Assembly: GCA_039794005.1 (NCBI GenBank)
Contig: JBAMMA010000006.1
Coordinates: forward strand, 55,814 to 119,813
Direction: 5' to 3'
DNA: 64,000 nt
From: Thermoplasmata archaeon
GTDB lineage: Archaea > Thermoplasmatota > Thermoplasmata > Thermoplasmatales > ARK-15
Part shown: piece by piece, positions 51,186 to 64,000 of the stretch
How the letters are laid out: each line of letters opens with the position of its first letter
Numbering within the stretch: position 1 is the stretch's first letter
Notes under the pieces: model-generated
The model's input: the letters and a program-made list of their open reading frames with translations, nothing else
Told to the model about the DNA's origin: nothing
Databases searched by the model: none
Position numbers and translations under genes: made by a program

Positions 51186-54100
51186 ATGTTGGAAAAACAA
51201 TTTAAAATATATTCAAATTCAATTATAAAATATTCAAAAATTATTATAATAATATGGATAATATTTACATTGTTGATGTTACCATTTTCAAATTTATTGT
51301 TTAAAGAAACCTCATACGACATTTCATCTTCGGTTATACCAAAAAATAGCATGGAATATCAGGCATCAAAAATATATGCTCAAGAATTTCCCTCTCAAAA
51401 TTCAAATGTTTCAGCTTACGTAATTTTGATTGAAAACGCCTCTTTAAATGATACAAAAAATATAAAATTGATATGGAAACTGACAAATGAATTAGAAAAT
51501 AATAGTATTATAAAAAAGTACGACGGTAATATTTCAGATATATTGATTGTGGAAAGAGATATAATTAAGGAGGGGACAAATTATACATATAAAATTTATA
51601 ATTCAACTTCAATATTATTAAAAAATATTAAAAATTCATTTAACATTTTATACAATTATACGTTAGAAATAAAAAATTATGAGATATTTATATATAATGC
51701 AGAAAAAAATATTTATGAAAATATAACAAATTTAATAAATATAACGAATAAAACGCTCTTGTTGGAATTCGGTCTCCCCAGTTATTACGTTCAAGTATTC
51801 CTTTATGTTTATGATAAAACAAAGAATATTAATATTTCAAATGAATATGCATTGAAATATACAATTAATTTTATTGAAAATAATATATCAATAATGAAAA
51901 CATTTTTAATCTCTTACATATACAATTTTTCAAAGATATGGAATTATTCATTAACGGATGTATCTCAATATTTAAACGTTGAAGAATATTCTATTGGAAT
52001 AACAATATACAATTCATCATTTTCATCTTTTTATGTAAACAACAACACCTTAAGATTCTTCGATATTTTATATAAATATTTTAATGTAACAAATTTTCAA
52101 AATTCGACTTTGATTTTGCAATTTTCTTTGGATTACATAATAAATAACCTTGAGAATACAGAATTGAAAAGATACTTGCCCGTAAGCGTTAGAGATTTTG
52201 TATTGGAAACATACAATTCATCAGCATCATTAAATTTAACATTCAATATAACGAGGGAATTTTTAGGGAATAATTATACAAGATTGGAAAATATATACGG
52301 GTCAAATTTTACATATTCAATATTTAATTTATCAAATGTATATAATTTTACTTATAATAAATATTTAAATTATATAAAATCAAACGGTACTTTAATAAAT
52401 TTTACATCTTTTTTAAATATTAATATAGAAGATCTGTTAAAATTTTCACTAAATGGATCAATATATTACAACAGCGCTAACATTACATATAATTGGGCAA
52501 AGAATTATTTCAATGGATATCCTTTCTTGAACATTCAACCATCCTTAAGGGATTATATATTAAAATATAATTATGCAGATATAGATGAATTGGAAAATGA
52601 GACGTTCTTGAATGGCAATTTTTCAAGTTATCCATTTATTCCTGGACCATATGTCTATCATAGTTTTGTTGGGTATAAATACAATGTTTCAATGATTTTA
52701 ATAACAACTAATGATAGTGCGCCAATTAACTTAACATACACTATTGGAAATATTGCAAAAAAAGTACTGGGGAATAATTTAGAATATTTAATAGCAGGAT
52801 CTGCAGCCATGGAGTCGCAGTTGACGAGTGACACTAACCTAGGACTTCTGAGGGCACTGTTTATAGGTATTATAGTATCTCTTCTAATCAGTATTATTTT
52901 CTTCAGGTCCCCGGTAGCTGGAATTTTACCATTGACAATATTTGGTATGTCTGCAATAGATGGAATGGGCATTAACGGTATTTTATATAAATATGTCTTA
53001 AATTCACAGATATCATTTATTACGCCAACACTCCTTTTAATATTACTTTTGGGGCTATCTACTGACTATACAGTCTATATGCTCTCCAGGTATAGGAATG
53101 AGTTAAGAAAAGGGAATGAGAAGCCGAGCGAGACTATGACGGAATGGTCAGGGCATGCAATATTTACGAGTGGTTTAACTGTGATATTATCATATATAAC
53201 ATTGTGGCTTTTTGATGTCCCACTCTTCGGGGACTCTGGTCTGACAAATGCAATATCTATAACAATTACAGTTATAATGGCTCTCACATTAATACCATCT
53301 ATAACGTATTTGCTCAACAAAAGGATGTTTTGGCCTTCTAAAATTGATTCACATAAAAATGAAATAATAATGGAAAAGATATATCATGTGGACAGGAAAT
53401 ATTACAAGCATTTGATTATTATATTCATTATACTTGTGGTTATTGGCCTTATATTTTATATATCGATACCAACAAACATGGATGTTTTTGATCTGGTTCC
53501 ACACCAGAGCGGAATAAATGCAGTTATCGCCATAAACAATTCATTCGGTGGAGATGCAGTCTTCCAGAATTACATTATATTAAAATTCAACAACACGATA
53601 TTAAAGGATGGTAAAATAGATAAATATGCCCTAAATGTTTCTAATAACCTAGAAAATTATCTCCTCCAAAGCAAAAACGTCTCAATGGTATTTGGACTTG
53701 GCCATCCCTTCGGCAATTATGAATTATATAAAAATTCTTCGATTTTGGCCAATGAAACTTTTGAAAAATATAGATTGAATTACGTTGGAATTGATAATAA
53801 GACAATTTTAATTATATATAGATCCTCAATTATATCCTGGGATAACAGGGAAGTCATGTATACAGGATACTTAGACAAATCCCTGAAAAATATAATACCA
53901 TCAAACATAACATATTATGTTGGTGGACTTTCCCAGGGACTTTACGATGCACAAATCCATACAAATGATGCGTTCTATTCAATAATTCCCATATTGACGG
54001 TGGCAGCATTCTTTATTCTCTTAATACAATTCAATTCTATTTTTACACCACTCAGATTAATATTAATGGTCCTCGGATCTGTTTTGATATCTTTGTCGAT

Positions 54101-54494
54101 TTCATATGTGATATTCTATTTCATTATGAAAATGCCAATCCTCGTTCTTTTGCCCCTTTTTGTCTTCGTTACCTTGCTTGCAGTTGGACTTGATTATGAT
54201 ATATTCATGATAACTCGCGTGAGAGAGGAGGTTATGAAAGGGAAAGATGACTCAGAAGGCATACATACATCCTTAAAAGAGAACGGTTATGTGATATCAA
54301 TCCTTGGATTAATATTGTTTTCAACGTTTGCATCATTGTACTTTAGCTCAATAGGAATAATACAAGAGATAGGCGTTGGCCTGGGTCTAGGCGTTATAAT
54401 AGATACATACATATCATGGATGTTTTTCATACCTTCTGTAATGCTTTGGATGAAAAGATATAATTGGTGGCCTTCAGAATACAAAAAATTTTAA
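51186..54494 (+). CDS. MMPL/RND-family transporter with large Asn-rich extracellular insertion
   Basis: GLSTDYTVYMLSRYRNE and GLDYDIFMITRVREE repeats; two TM bundles. Confidence 0.9.
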   Translation: MLEKQFKIYSNSIIKYSKIIIIIWIIFTLLMLPFSNLLFKETSYDISSSVIPKNSMEYQASKIYAQEFPSQNSNVSAYVILIENASLNDTKNIKLIWKLTNELENNSIIKKYDGNISDILIVERDIIKEGTNYTYKIYNSTSILLKNIKNSFNILYNYTLEIKNYEIFIYNAEKNIYENITNLINITNKTLLLEFGLPSYYVQVFLYVYDKTKNINISNEYALKYTINFIENNISIMKTFLISYIYNFSKIWNYSLTDVSQYLNVEEYSIGITIYNSSFSSFYVNNNTLRFFDILYKYFNVTNFQNSTLILQFSLDYIINNLENTELKRYLPVSVRDFVLETYNSSASLNLTFNITREFLGNNYTRLENIYGSNFTYSIFNLSNVYNFTYNKYLNYIKSNGTLINFTSFLNINIEDLLKFSLNGSIYYNSANITYNWAKNYFNGYPFLNIQPSLRDYILKYNYADIDELENETFLNGNFSSYPFIPGPYVYHSFVGYKYNVSMILITTNDSAPINLTYTIGNIAKKVLGNNLEYLIAGSAAMESQLTSDTNLGLLRALFIGIIVSLLISIIFFRSPVAGILPLTIFGMSAIDGMGINGILYKYVLNSQISFITPTLLLILLLGLSTDYTVYMLSRYRNELRKGNEKPSETMTEWSGHAIFTSGLTVILSYITLWLFDVPLFGDSGLTNAISITITVIMALTLIPSITYLLNKRMFWPSKIDSHKNEIIMEKIYHVDRKYYKHLIIIFIILVVIGLIFYISIPTNMDVFDLVPHQSGINAVIAINNSFGGDAVFQNYIILKFNNTILKDGKIDKYALNVSNNLENYLLQSKNVSMVFGLGHPFGNYELYKNSSILANETFEKYRLNYVGIDNKTILIIYRSSIISWDNREVMYTGYLDKSLKNIIPSNITYYVGGLSQGLYDAQIHTNDAFYSIIPILTVAAFFILLIQFNSIFTPLRLILMVLGSVLISLSISYVIFYFIMKMPILVLLPLFVFVTLLAVGLDYDIFMITRVREEVMKGKDDSEGIHTSLKENGYVISILGLILFSTFASLYFSSIGIIQEIGVGLGLGVIIDTYISWMFFIPSVMLWMKRYNWWPSEYKKF

Positions 54495-54529
54495 ATAAAG
54501 TAATAAAGATTTGTATTTGGTGAAAATTA

Positions 54530-55348
54530 ATGGTTAAGTATTGCCCTAGGTGCGGTTCACCTAACACGGACGACGCACTCTTTTGTATTAAATGCGGATA
54601 TAGATTTGGAGAAGAAATAAAAAAACAGGAAATTACTCCAGAACCGCAGATACAGATACAAACCCCAAAAAGTGAAAAGAAAAAGTTTGATTTCATCGGG
54701 ATTATAACTCAGGATAAGAGGTTTGAAATAATATTTTTTGCTATTATAGCCGTTATAATAATTCTAGCGGTCTATATGGATATAAGTATATCAAATCTTC
54801 AAAATGAACTAAATCTAACACAACAAAAATATTATAATTTATGGAATCAATTGAATGCAACAAATGCACAATTGTACAATTTAAAACAGACAATCAACAA
54901 TCAATCATACCAAATTTTGTTTTTGCAGAATAAGATAACCAACTATACTCAACAAATATCCATGCTTCAATCCGAATTGAAACAGAAAAATATTACTATA
55001 AATAACCTAAACAACATAGTCTATGGAAATGATTCTATGTATTTACTTTCAAATCAATCCGTTTTGCTATCAACAGGAGAGTTATATTACTTCAATCTCA
55101 CTGTACGCTATTCTGGTCTTCTTGAAATAATGGTAAAATCTACAAGCCCATATGCCATTGAAGTTGTAAATAACAATCTTGCCTTTCAGGTTATTTATTC
55201 TTCAAATGGAACTGTACAGACATCTATTTATCAGGTACCTGTATATGGAACACCTATAAGTCCCCAGACATATGAACTTATAATATCAAACACTCAAAAA
55301 TCAACCGGGCAAAGCGTTTACATTGTATCGGCCACACTCCTTTATTAA
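54530..55348 (+). CDS. Zinc-ribbon / single-TM / coiled-coil surface protein
   Basis: CPRC..CIKCG, one TM helix, Q/N/L heptads, beta-rich C-terminus. Confidence 0.75.
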   Translation: MVKYCPRCGSPNTDDALFCIKCGYRFGEEIKKQEITPEPQIQIQTPKSEKKKFDFIGIITQDKRFEIIFFAIIAVIIILAVYMDISISNLQNELNLTQQKYYNLWNQLNATNAQLYNLKQTINNQSYQILFLQNKITNYTQQISMLQSELKQKNITINNLNNIVYGNDSMYLLSNQSVLLSTGELYYFNLTVRYSGLLEIMVKSTSPYAIEVVNNNLAFQVIYSSNGTVQTSIYQVPVYGTPISPQTYELIISNTQKSTGQSVYIVSATLLY

Positions 55349-55363
55349 AATTTATTAAACAAT

Positions 55364-56545
55364 TTGTTTATTTTATTTATTGTGAATATTAATCCCGACC
55401 TGTGTATAAAATGTCGCGGAATCAAAAATCTCTGCGGCTTAGATCCCTGTCCATTGATGAAATATTCCACTCCATTGCCTGAAAAATTGGATTATTACAA
55501 GGGCCCTTCTCCTCCCGATATTTTTGTTGGTAGGTTTTCATATCCTAGGGTGAACATATATACCTTGGCAGGGAATTTTTATTCCCTCACTAATTTATAT
55601 CCAAAAAGCATTGATGAAATCCTATCCATAAGAACTTCACTTTACAGGGTTGGGAAAAATTTGAATATAAAAAAGGTGGATAAAATTGGTGAAAAGATAC
55701 AGGAAATTTCTCTTTCGGAAAAGGATGTAGAAATAGAAGCAGATATAAAAAGTATTGAAAATTCAATACTCTTAGGTAAAGAACATTCTCCGATAGGACC
55801 AAAAATGGTAGTAAAAAAATTGGATTATATTGGAGAATTGAAGATACCGAAAAGGATTGAATACATTACAAATGATTTTGATTTAAATGCAAATGATGCA
55901 ATTTTAATATTATATGAAAACAATTTTGAATTAGATTATATAAGGAGGATATTTTCATCCGGCTCCTTGGGAAAAATAAAGGACAGAAGGTTCATTCCTA
56001 CTAGGTGGTCCATTACAGCTGTTGATGATATTATAGGAAAAGGATTAATTGAAAAGGTAAAGGGATTTGACAGTACAGATGATATAATATTTTCGTTCAA
56101 GGAATATATGTGGAATAAATTTTACATATTTATTCTTCCTGGTAATTGGTCATTTGAAATGATCGAAAACTGGTATGGGGAAAAACATAAAATAAATGCA
56201 TTGGAAAATGGTGATTATGAAGATTATTATGGAAGGAAGGATTATGCCAATGTTGTTGGAGGGGCATATTATGCTGCAAGACTGTCAGTTTTGGAATATT
56301 TAAACAAAAACAATATTTCAGGATCTGTCATAGTTTACAGGGAAATAGGAAAGGAATACAATATACCTTTAGGGGTATGGGTGATAAGGGATACGGTTAA
56401 AGATGCAATGAAAAATGCTTTTCACACCAATTATAGGAATATAGATGAATTGAATCTTATTCCTGAATACATAAAAGAAATAATAAAGGGTTCAAGAACA
56501 TATAGAAAGAATTATTTACAGAAGAGGCTGGATTTCTATGGATAG
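55364..56545 (+). CDS. nreA: Archaeal Nre DNA repair protein
   Basis: CIKCRG..LCG..CP, SPP..FVGR..YP, PTRWSITAVD, YYAARL, PLGVWVIR; C-terminal PIP-like QKRLDFY; likely start GTG 55382. Confidence 0.9.
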   Translation: MFILFIVNINPDLCIKCRGIKNLCGLDPCPLMKYSTPLPEKLDYYKGPSPPDIFVGRFSYPRVNIYTLAGNFYSLTNLYPKSIDEILSIRTSLYRVGKNLNIKKVDKIGEKIQEISLSEKDVEIEADIKSIENSILLGKEHSPIGPKMVVKKLDYIGELKIPKRIEYITNDFDLNANDAILILYENNFELDYIRRIFSSGSLGKIKDRRFIPTRWSITAVDDIIGKGLIEKVKGFDSTDDIIFSFKEYMWNKFYIFILPGNWSFEMIENWYGEKHKINALENGDYEDYYGRKDYANVVGGAYYAARLSVLEYLNKNNISGSVIVYREIGKEYNIPLGVWVIRDTVKDAMKNAFHTNYRNIDELNLIPEYIKEIIKGSRTYRKNYLQKRLDFYG

Positions 56546-57791
56546 GGAATATTTGGAAAAGATGTGGGAAATGGGCAAGATAGTGACTTCAAAAAGGGAG
56601 GAATATGTAAAAATAATATTTGGGGAGGAGGATTTCAAACATGTGTCCGATAAATCCGAAAATTTCAGGCTTCTTTTTTTAAGCAGATATTCAAAGATCA
56701 AGAAAATTTTGACGAGCAAAATATCAGTTTCAAACGTTATGGACATAGATTTCATAAAAAGAAGGGAGAATGAAAATGGCACAATAATTGGGATGGTGAT
56801 GGAAAAATATCCTGGCCCCTACAATCAAATATTGGTGGAGGATCCAACAGGTCAAATCGTTGTTAAGCTAAATCCTGAAATGTATGATGAAGTATTGAAT
56901 GACGATATTATTGCAATAAAGGGAAAAATAAGAAATGGAAAGTTCATTGCGGAGGAAATAAATTATCCGGGGATAGACAATATACAAAAACAGGAAAAAT
57001 TGGTTAAAAGCGATAATTCCATAGCTTTTATTTCTGACATACATGTCGGAAGTAAGAATTTTCTCTCATCATCATTTGAAAAATTTATAGATTGGATAAA
57101 TAGCAATAAAGATTCTGCAAAAAGAATAAAATATTTGATAATTTCAGGAGATTTGGTTGATGGTATAGGCATATATCCCGGGCAGGAAAAGGACTTGGAT
57201 ATAGATGATATTTACATTCAATACGATAATTTGTCTAAATATATATGCAGAATAAGGGATGATATAAAGATATTCATGATACCTGGAAACCATGATCTTA
57301 CAAGGATATTGGAACCCCAGAACAGGCCACCAAAGGCCGTAATGGACATGTTTCCCTCAAACGTGAAATTTTTAACGAATCCAGCTTACATTTCAATAGA
57401 GGATTTTAAAATTTTGATATACCACGGTACAAGTTTAAATGATGTAGCAGACCTGGTAAAAGGAATGAAATATGAAAACACGGAAAGATTGATGATAGAA
57501 TTAATAAAGAGAAGGCATCTGGCACCATTCTACGGAAGGAATGTTCCAATTGCACCAATAAAAAATGATATAATGGTTATTGACGACATACCGGATCTAT
57601 TTATAACAGGTCATATACATATGTTTAAATATGGTATTTATAGAGGGATTTTACTCCTGAATGCTTCGACATGGCAAAAACAGACGGATTATCAGAAAAT
57701 GATGAACCTTAATCCAATGCCCGGATACGTGGCAATCAAAAATCTTTCCTCGAGAGGTTTTGAATACAAACATTTCACACCTGGACCATGA
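56538..57791 (+). CDS. polD1: DNA polymerase D small (exonuclease) subunit DP1
   Basis: OB fold, then SDIHVGS, GDLVDGIGIYPGQ, PGNHD, RRHLAP, GHIH. Confidence 0.93.
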   Translation: MDREYLEKMWEMGKIVTSKREEYVKIIFGEEDFKHVSDKSENFRLLFLSRYSKIKKILTSKISVSNVMDIDFIKRRENENGTIIGMVMEKYPGPYNQILVEDPTGQIVVKLNPEMYDEVLNDDIIAIKGKIRNGKFIAEEINYPGIDNIQKQEKLVKSDNSIAFISDIHVGSKNFLSSSFEKFIDWINSNKDSAKRIKYLIISGDLVDGIGIYPGQEKDLDIDDIYIQYDNLSKYICRIRDDIKIFMIPGNHDLTRILEPQNRPPKAVMDMFPSNVKFLTNPAYISIEDFKILIYHGTSLNDVADLVKGMKYENTERLMIELIKRRHLAPFYGRNVPIAPIKNDIMVIDDIPDLFITGHIHMFKYGIYRGILLLNASTWQKQTDYQKMMNLNPMPGYVAIKNLSSRGFEYKHFTPGP

Positions 57792-58689
57792 TTTCCATGA
57801 AATCCCTTGCAACCACAGTCTTTTCAAATATAGATTTTGCTTCATTTTCAATCAATTTTACTTTATCTGCTCTATACCTCGGGCTTATATGGGTCAAGTA
57901 CAAATATTCAACGTTTGCCTTTTTGGCCAATTCTGCAGCCTGCCTAGCAGAGCTGTGACCATATTCATTCGCTTTTGATTCCAACGATGAATCTACTGTG
58001 GCTTCATGGACCATGATTTTCATGTTCTTTGACTCTTCTGCTAGAAGGTCGTTTGGTGATGTGTCTCCTGAATAAACTATGCTTCTTCCCTTTCTAATAC
58101 CATCAGAAATATCATCCAATGTTATTATTTTGCCATTTTTATTTATAGAGCCATTCCTGGTAATTATATCGACTTCTTTGCTTGTCAATGAATATTTTTC
58201 CATTAATTCTCTGGATATCCTTTTCCTATCCTTTTCCTTTAATATGTAAGAAAATGAATGAACTGGATGTTTTGCCCTTATTGCCTTTATCGTATAATCA
58301 CCAAAATCCAATACTTCATTATCTTCAATCTCCCTTACAAAAATAGGAAAAGATAATGAATAATATCCAAGATTCAAAAATGTTGAAACCTGCCTTATTG
58401 TATCTGGAGGGCCATATATTTCAAGCTTTTCTTTTCTGTCGTTCAACGTCATCGTCTGTATTAGACCCCCAAGACCTAAAAAATGGTCCCCATGGAAATG
58501 TGTAATGAATATTTTGGTTATTTTCATAAAGCTAAGGGAGCTCATCATCAATTGTCTCTGTGTTCCTTCCCCAACATCAAACAATATGCATTCACTGTCC
58601 AATTGAACGCCTATGGAAGGCATTCCCCTCTCAGGGCTTGGCCATGAGCCGCTCGTTCCCAAAAATACCAATTTTATTGTCGATATCAT
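57775..58689 (-). CDS. rnz: Ribonuclease Z
   Basis: LGTSG, D.GEGTQ, THFHGDH, YSGDT, HEAT, THISPRY. Confidence 0.95.
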   Translation of the reverse strand: MISTIKLVFLGTSGSWPSPERGMPSIGVQLDSECILFDVGEGTQRQLMMSSLSFMKITKIFITHFHGDHFLGLGGLIQTMTLNDRKEKLEIYGPPDTIRQVSTFLNLGYYSLSFPIFVREIEDNEVLDFGDYTIKAIRAKHPVHSFSYILKEKDRKRISRELMEKYSLTSKEVDIITRNGSINKNGKIITLDDISDGIRKGRSIVYSGDTSPNDLLAEESKNMKIMVHEATVDSSLESKANEYGHSSARQAAELAKKANVEYLYLTHISPRYRADKVKLIENEAKSIFEKTVVARDFMEIMVQV

Positions 58690-59363
58690 ATCTTTTTCAC
58701 TACTGTTCCTTGAAATTTTTCACCATTTATAGCATTTTCAATATTTTTAATGTCCTTACCGACAACGTCAATCTCAATTGAACTCCTTTCTGCAATTTTT
58801 AAGGACAGAAGGTCCAATACCAGGTTTGGTCCAGCATTGGATTTTTCAGAATAGAACATTTTTAATAATGATTCATAATCAATTAATTCTATCAACTTTG
58901 CATTTTTATTTACCTTCGGGTCTGAATCGTATATACCACCAACTGATGTAACGTTAATTACTTTCCTGGATTGATAATATTCCGCCGCAAGCATTGATAC
59001 TGCATCCGTGGTATGGCCTGGAACTGTTCCTCCAGTAATTAATATTTCACATTTCTTATCATAAAAATGTTCTGAATAACAGGAATTTTCATATTTTTGG
59101 AAATGGGAATAAACTATCATCGCGTTCATTCTTGTTGCAAGAATTCCTATATAATCTAGATTATATTCATCCAATCCATTGTTCCTGGCATAGGATATAT
59201 ATTCTCTTGCAACATTTCCGCCTCCAACAACTATTACAAACATGTATCTTTTAGTGTATTTTTCAATCATTTCAGAAAATGACGTTAAAAATGAATTATC
59301 AAATTTTCCTGGATTTACGACTGACCCGCCAAGGGATAGGATAATATATTTCATCGGTATCAT
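58686..59363 (-). CDS. pyrH: Uridylate kinase
   Basis: SLGGSV, VGGG, GT.PGHTTDAV, YDSDP; start at 59363 or 59354 rather than 59432. Confidence 0.92.
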   Translation of the reverse strand: MIPMKYIILSLGGSVVNPGKFDNSFLTSFSEMIEKYTKRYMFVIVVGGGNVAREYISYARNNGLDEYNLDYIGILATRMNAMIVYSHFQKYENSCYSEHFYDKKCEILITGGTVPGHTTDAVSMLAAEYYQSRKVINVTSVGGIYDSDPKVNKNAKLIELIDYESLLKMFYSEKSNAGPNLVLDLLSLKIAERSSIEIDVVGKDIKNIENAINGEKFQGTVVKKI

Positions 59364-59403
59364 AAAAAATAAAAGGGATAAAAAAATTTGGATGTGAACA
59401 AAA

Positions 59404-60621
59404 ATGGACGATAAAAGTAAATACGATTTCAAAAGGTCTTTGGAGGAATTAATGAAATACGAGGGCAGAGGTACTGAATTGATTTCATTATACGTACCTC
59501 CAAATAGACCTATTTCCGATGTTATAAATTATTTAAGGGATGAATATTCACAGAGCAGTAACATAAAAAGTAAAACTACGAGAAAAAATGTTATGAGTGC
59601 TATAGAATCTATGATTTCAAGGTTAAAGGTTTACAGAATGCCACCTCCAAATGGTCTTGCATTGTTTATTGGAACCGTTCCGTACAGAGGAGATCAAACC
59701 CAGATGGTCACATATATAATAGAGCCGCCAGAGCCAATACAATCATTGATTTACAGGTGCGATTCAAAATTCTATTTGGATCCTCTCTTGGCCATGCTAG
59801 GTCAAAAAGACGTTTATGGGTTGATTGTCATTGACAGGAGCGAGGCCACAATAGGATTTCTAAGGGGTACTAGAATTGAGGTCGTAAGAAATATGCAATC
59901 AAATGTTCCGAGTAAGCATCATCAGGGCGGTCAATCATCAAGAAGATTTGAAAGATTGATTGAACAGGCTGCACACGAATTTTTTAAAAGGGTAGGAGAT
60001 TCTGCTAACGAGGCTTTTCTCAATGAAAATGATTTAAAAGGCATATTGATTGGTGGACCAGGATCAACAAAGGAGGTATTTGCCAATGGAGATTATTTAC
60101 ATCACGAACTTAAAAAGAAGATTATTGATCTTTTCGATACTGGATATACGGACGAGTATGGATTGAGAGAGTTGGTAGAAAAGGCATCACAAAAATTGGA
60201 GGAGCTTGAAATAGCGCAAGAGAAAAAGATAATTAATAGATTTTTGTCAGAAATAAGGAAAAATGATTCTTTAGCAGTATATGGGGAAAAACAGGTTATT
60301 GAGGCGTTAAAAAATAATCAGGTAGATACATTGATAATATCAGAAGCCCTTAGGAAGTACAAGGTTATATATCAATGTCCAAACTGCGGGGAGAGAATTG
60401 AAGATATAATCATTGGCGAAATACCTGAAAAATATTGTCCTAAATGCAATACTTTAATGAATGTTGTAGAAAAAACGGATATTATAGATGAATATTACAA
60501 ATTAGCGGAGGCATCAAACGCAAAGGTTTATTTGGTTTCGGATGAAAGTGAAGAAGGAAAACTTTTCCTAAAGGGTTTTGGCGGTATAGGAGCAATATTA
60601 AGATACAAGAAAAAGGATTAA
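59404..60621 (+). CDS. prf1: Peptide chain release factor aRF1
   Basis: NIKS, YRCDS and GGQS motifs; C-terminal CPNC..CPKC ribbon. Confidence 0.96.
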   Translation: MDDKSKYDFKRSLEELMKYEGRGTELISLYVPPNRPISDVINYLRDEYSQSSNIKSKTTRKNVMSAIESMISRLKVYRMPPPNGLALFIGTVPYRGDQTQMVTYIIEPPEPIQSLIYRCDSKFYLDPLLAMLGQKDVYGLIVIDRSEATIGFLRGTRIEVVRNMQSNVPSKHHQGGQSSRRFERLIEQAAHEFFKRVGDSANEAFLNENDLKGILIGGPGSTKEVFANGDYLHHELKKKIIDLFDTGYTDEYGLRELVEKASQKLEELEIAQEKKIINRFLSEIRKNDSLAVYGEKQVIEALKNNQVDTLIISEALRKYKVIYQCPNCGERIEDIIIGEIPEKYCPKCNTLMNVVEKTDIIDEYYKLAEASNAKVYLVSDESEEGKLFLKGFGGIGAILRYKKKD

Positions 60622-60627
60622 AGGATT

Positions 60628-60879
60628 TTATTTTATTAGATCTACAACAACCACATCCTTTACTGATTTCATACTCTTAAAGGGCAGGACCAACCTTCCC
60701 TTGGCATCCATCTGGTATCCTCTTATTTCTAAATCATCTGATGGCTTAATGAGCAGATGTTGTATTTCCCCAGTCTCAGTATCGATAACAACATTATCCA
60801 GAACACCCAAAATTAAACCGTCACCCGTTGTTACTGTTTTTCCCCTTATTTCACTGATGAATTTTTTCATTTTTACCAC
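60628..60879 (-). CDS. PRC-barrel protein (CdpB-like)
   Basis: GKTV.T.DG..LG.LDNVVID.ETG.I..L..LPF..MKSVKDVVVV. Confidence 0.85.
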   Translation of the reverse strand: MVKMKKFISEIRGKTVTTGDGLILGVLDNVVIDTETGEIQHLLIKPSDDLEIRGYQMDAKGRLVLPFKSMKSVKDVVVVDLIK

Positions 60880-60924
60880 CTTTTAATGGAACAAAAAAAT
60901 ATAGGGAAAAGGTTTATTTAATTT

Positions 60925-63147
<2,223 letters not shown>

Positions 63148-63183
63148 CTATTAACCTTTAGTTAAAATGATTTATTTTAATAT

Positions 63184-63612
63184 TTAAATTTTTCTATTAA
63201 GGTTTCTTAATGCGTTTACCATCTTTACCGCACTATGAACCGCTTCCCTTGCCTTTTCTACCCTCTCCATTGCCTGGAGCCTTGTCATTCCGTGGCCTGT
63301 AATACCCAATGCTACGGGCTTTGAATATTCTATCTGCAAATCCTCAATTTTTCTTGCTGCATTTTCCATAATTATTGCATCATGCTCAGTTTCACCTTCA
63401 ATAACAGCTCCAAGAGTTACAACTGCATCAACGTCATTTTTCTCTAAAAGTGCTTTAACACCTAATGGAATTTCAAAAGTGCCAGGAACATACAATATAT
63501 GGGAAATTTCAGCGCCCAAAAATTCTGCTTCGACCTTAGCTCTTTCTAACATTATCATAGTTATATCAAAATTATATTCAGATACAACAATTCCAAGCTT
63601 TATTTTATCCAT
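63184..63612 (-). CDS. ribH: 6,7-dimethyl-8-ribityllumazine synthase
   Basis: VPGTFEIP, LGAVIEGETEH, PVALGI. Confidence 0.93.
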   Translation of the reverse strand: MDKIKLGIVVSEYNFDITMIMLERAKVEAEFLGAEISHILYVPGTFEIPLGVKALLEKNDVDAVVTLGAVIEGETEHDAIIMENAARKIEDLQIEYSKPVALGITGHGMTRLQAMERVEKAREAVHSAVKMVNALRNLNRKI

Positions 63613-64000
63613 GATCGCACCCAATTTAATAATGAAAGAAATGATAAAATAGTTTCGTTTTAATTCTATTTTTTAAAACTATAATTTTTATATTAATTTC
63701 TAATATAAAATTTATAAGAATTTTATAATATAAATTCAACAATTTTTTAAATATTACGAACTTAGTTTTTTAATATTAGGTATTATTTGAATTTCAATTT
63801 TTTATGGTTGGACAAATAGATTCTTAAACATCTAAAGAAATAATAAAATTAAAATAATATTGAAATGAAATAATAATTAAATTATTAAATATTAAAAATT
63901 GATGTAATTAATGAAATACAAAATAATATAATTTTTATAATTATATACATAATATTAAATATTTTTATTTAATCTTCACTCACTAGTACTTCGGAACCTC

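Noticed and set aside
63970-64000. GC-richer terminal bases as a structural RNA
   Set aside because: Too short to call. The minus strand also reads EVPKY-stop, which fits the end of a CDS in the next window.

Overview
This is an AT-rich, gene-dense archaeal chromosome segment. It has TFB, Gar1, PolD DP1, aRF1, L7Ae/S28e/L24e, Cdc48/VAT and GGTGA/GGAGG ribosome-binding sites. FolD, PPDK, SdhABCD, many peptidases and a Zn-ribbon aRF1 suggest a thermophilic, peptide-using Thermoplasmata member; this taxonomy is inferred. Most genes are housekeeping. Features absent from the ORF track are a partial reverse gyrase (1-2565), tRNA-Thr(TGT), the 35-aa ribosomal protein eL41/eS32, an intron-containing tRNA-Trp whose intron is a box C/D guide for C34 and C39, and an orphan mini-CRISPR array just downstream of that tRNA. 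The main leads are (1) a bacterial-type TGT with an unusual pocket plus QueH, suggesting queuosine-like modification in an archaeon; (2) the eL41-tRNA-Trp-mini-CRISPR unit; (3) an iRadA-PPB2-PolB2 operon with a clamp-binding-like tail; (4) MutS1 co-occurring with reverse gyrase; and (5) a disrupted PadR-methyltransferase-MFS operon. All calls come from motif recognition by eye; no database searches were run.
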